Below are positions 61,075 to 64,000 of a DNA stretch of 64,000 bases, piece by piece. The stretch comes from Dudresnaya verticillata (taxonomy: Eukaryota). Each line of letters opens with the position of its first letter. The stretch's first letter is position 1. The position numbers and the translations under genes were made by a program. Location: contig OZ374558.1 of the NCBI GenBank assembly GCA_977862235.1, positions 1,054,001-1,118,000 on the forward strand, in the 5' to 3' direction. Under the pieces are notes generated by a model, which did no database searches, was not told where the DNA came from, and saw only the letters and a list, made by a program, of their open reading frames with translations.

Positions 61075-63007
61075 GCTCCAAGCGAGTCCTAACTAGTTTT
61101 GGAAACAGTTAGGATTACCAGCGTAGTCCTGCGGTATGACAGCCCAGCAATGGCTCCATTATGACAGCAAATCCGGTATGAAAGGAAGGGCTATCTGTAA
61201 CTCCTTTTCAGATGAAAGGCAGCTCTCCCGGTACTAGGAACCCCTTGCCAGCCAATAAATAGTTTTTAAGCAATTCCATTTTCTTGTGCGTTTACAACAG
61301 GAAGACGTCGCTTCTGACTTGAGCCTTCTCCATGGTCGTAAGGATGAGGAGATTCCGTTGTTCTGAGGATAAGCAAAGCGTTTCTGCGTATTGCCTGCAA
61401 TTTTTGACGTGCGACGAAAGCAGCTGAAGGTGCAAGGCAAACCCACGAGGCAGGTACCTGTTTCAAGATCTGGTAGCGTTGCAGTGATCGTAGACTCTAA
61501 TCCTTGGGTTAGACCGCGGCATTCAATACGGTGATACTGCAGCAATTGAAAACAGTTCAGGTTCTCGGGGGAAGTTTAACTTATCAGAACTAAGGGTCCG
61601 ATTGAATGGAAATATTTATAGTACTGCTCTACCGTACGAAATGCATGGAGGCCTGCTTTACCAAGTCCATTGTACATCCGTACCGATAAATCGGTTGTCG
61701 TCTGCTTCCGAAGTTATGTTGTATTTTACCACTAGTTTGAAGTGATTCTTCGCAGACAAATGAGGTCCCCATCCTGCCGCACTTGATGTGAAACAATTTG
61801 CACTTGTAACACAGCTTGGTGTGAACATGTGAGAGCTAGAACGGATCAAGGTTACCCGCTTCATGTTAGGACTTCAACAAGGAATTATAAATCCAACGCG
61901 AAGCAGAGGGATAGAGAGTTCCACGGCACAGAAGTCCCGTATGGAGGTCATACTAGGGATGCAGTTAGACATGATGTGTTGCAAAGGGTGCATAGTGCAA
62001 TCATCGATATGACTGTATCAGTCCTTCTATCGGGCACTCTCAGAGCCCTAATCCACGGCCCTGAAGTTTGCCATCAACTTGCTGACGGCGAGGCGCATAC
62101 AAAGTAGAAATATACGAATGGCATGTTTTGGGCTTAGAATATACTTATGTTCGGTGCTGGGGTTGAAAAGAAGGAAAAAGACCACAGTACTGCCTCGAAA
62201 CAAAGAATTACGCAATCGTCACGGTGGAAATCAAAGGCCTGGAAATCCCTGTCAAGTTGTTCCTTAATTGTTGGTTAAAGTGGTTCTGTGCAAGAAGATC
62301 AGGACCATATGCAGTTCCACCGAGGACCCCTCAACTCGAGGGCCCCAAGAGACTTGTATTAATCTGGGCATTGCGCATCATAGAGATATGGAAGGACATA
62401 TGCATATGCACATCCCATTGCGATACGTGCGACTTCGATGCTTTGTTGGGCTTGAATCCAGTTGGTCTAAGTCACAAGACAGCCTTCAATTTTGCAATAC
62501 AGAAGTGTGTATCTCTATTGTAAGGAAACCAATCTCTCGTCATATAAAATAACATGAAGCTAGACTCTTTTGTCGATACTTATCGTTAATTTTCGATAGG
62601 ATTCACGAGCAGTCCCACAACAACATATTGATCTTAAACAGCACAACTCAAACAAACCCATGCTTTGTATTGTCAGCAATGTTATTTTCAATTTACAACC
62701 ATCAGTACTACCTTAATCCTAATGTATAAAGCTGGATTCAGAGCTGTAAAACATCCTTAAGAGAGGAGTTGCCGAGCCTTGAATGTACAAGAATGATTTT
62801 TGACCAAGAGGACTTGCCTAAGAAATCCGTGTGTTCAGTAGAACGGGCAATTCTGTTGTTTTGAGAGAGATCTATTCATCCAATATCTATAGCAGATAAG
62901 TAGCATAATCTTTCTATCATTCCGTTCAATCGAGAAGGTGGACTCATGAATCCATCGATTTTAATGCTTCCTACATCATTTGTGTTGCGCCAGAGCTTTG
63001 GGCCACC

Positions 63008-63520
63008 ATGGTTAAACTTCGGGTTGGTGCGCCCATGTTTAAGTTCTGGTACCGATCCCTCTGCGCGCTATGCAGTCGGGTCGTCCTAATGCATACCACC
63101 ACTCCCGTTCCTCTTCTTGACGTTTGTAGTCATCACGTGACTGTTTTCCCTGCAGGAGAGGGGACTATTCGTCGCCATAACCATCTCCGTGACTACTTGG
63201 CATCCATCTCTCAAACCCTCGCTCATCATCACGATACCGCCCGAACTGAATATCACTTCAATTACAGTGGCGAACATGGTCCAGGCAACCCCGTTTCAGA
63301 CACTTCTCGATCCTCGCCTGAGCGCTTCCGTAATGCCCGCTACGTTGCTCGTCTTTCTTCCGGGACCGTCCCGGACAATCGTGAAGACCTATGTATGGAT
63401 TTTGTTTTGGACGATCGGCGTTTTGCACCTCGTCCTCAAGGATCTGACGCCTCTGTAGTCAGCCCCGTTCCCATCCGTCTTCACCCGCCCGCATTACTGG
63501 AAGCGCAATTCTTTACCGTG
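63008..63520 (+). pseudogene. Degenerate RLE/Zn-knuckle end of another non-LTR retrotransposon
   Basis: CALC...LLDVCSHHVTVFPAGEGTIRRHNHLRDYL...MDF...DASVVSP parallels D..G.HALVC..G..I.RHD...RPD...DV.VV.P; upstream 61800-63000 may be its decayed RT. Confidence 0.65.
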
Positions 63521-64000
63521 ATTGTCAGGAGCGTTCACATTATCGCCGCTTGTGTGGCCGTCTACAAATGCACCTCCATCCCATGGTCGTGTATATTTAT
63601 CTCTGTATTGGCGTTGAATTTGAGTTGGGTGTACAACATATCGCTATTTTCATTGCAGCCACGAGGGGTACCTCTCCGGCATCCGAGAAGCTCTCCATAT
63701 TAACCTAAGTTACTTATTTCGTTCTTCAATGTGTTGCAGTTAGCGTCACTCGCCGTCAATTGTCTATCGTGCCTCGTAGTCCCTCGTTTTCTATTTAGAC
63801 TAGCTAGATAGCCCGCTCGCACTCTTCTCTTTAAAAGTCTCTCTCTCGATTTTGTATAAGATTATTCCCCAACACAAAGGGAGATGTACTTTATGCAGCG
63901 AGATTCTAAAAGAGCATTCGAGAAGTCGAAAAGCCTTATGTGCCTTTTGCTTAAAACAAAAAATACCCCCACCCCCTGCCTGTGGCTTCCTTAGAACGAG

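Overview
Eukaryotic, transposon-saturated DNA with almost no ordinary host genes. The element mix resembles red-algal repeat regions, but that is an inference and the organism cannot be fixed from the sequence. From left to right: (i) 1-19964 is a head-to-tail array of three diverged CRE-clade non-LTR retrotransposons (RT + restriction-like endonuclease, minus strand). The same ~14-bp motif GYGTTTTRAGRGAG sits at every junction. The first copy is split by three nested LTR-derived insertions, one of which holds a gag-protease-only Ty3/gypsy element. (ii) Two tyrosine-recombinase (DIRS/PAT-type) retrotransposons lie at 23933-28285 and ~51515-56740. (iii) A 14.25-kb DNA transposon with ~215-bp terminal inverted repeats (28455-42706) carries a DUF7869-type DDE transposase. 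It also carries a decayed ~1000-codon gene fusing a ParB/Srx-like domain to a prokaryote-style beta-class amino (N6A/N4C) DNA methyltransferase, plus other cargo; this is the most unusual object in the window. (iv) There is a chromodomain-bearing gypsy 3' end and about ten TG...CA solo-LTR-like inserts, most with readable 5-bp target-site duplications (TSDs). (v) One intact ORF (59644-61074) has a divergent bromodomain-like segment. Nearly all TE ORFs carry stops or frameshifts. All family calls come from motif recognition by eye, not from database searches.
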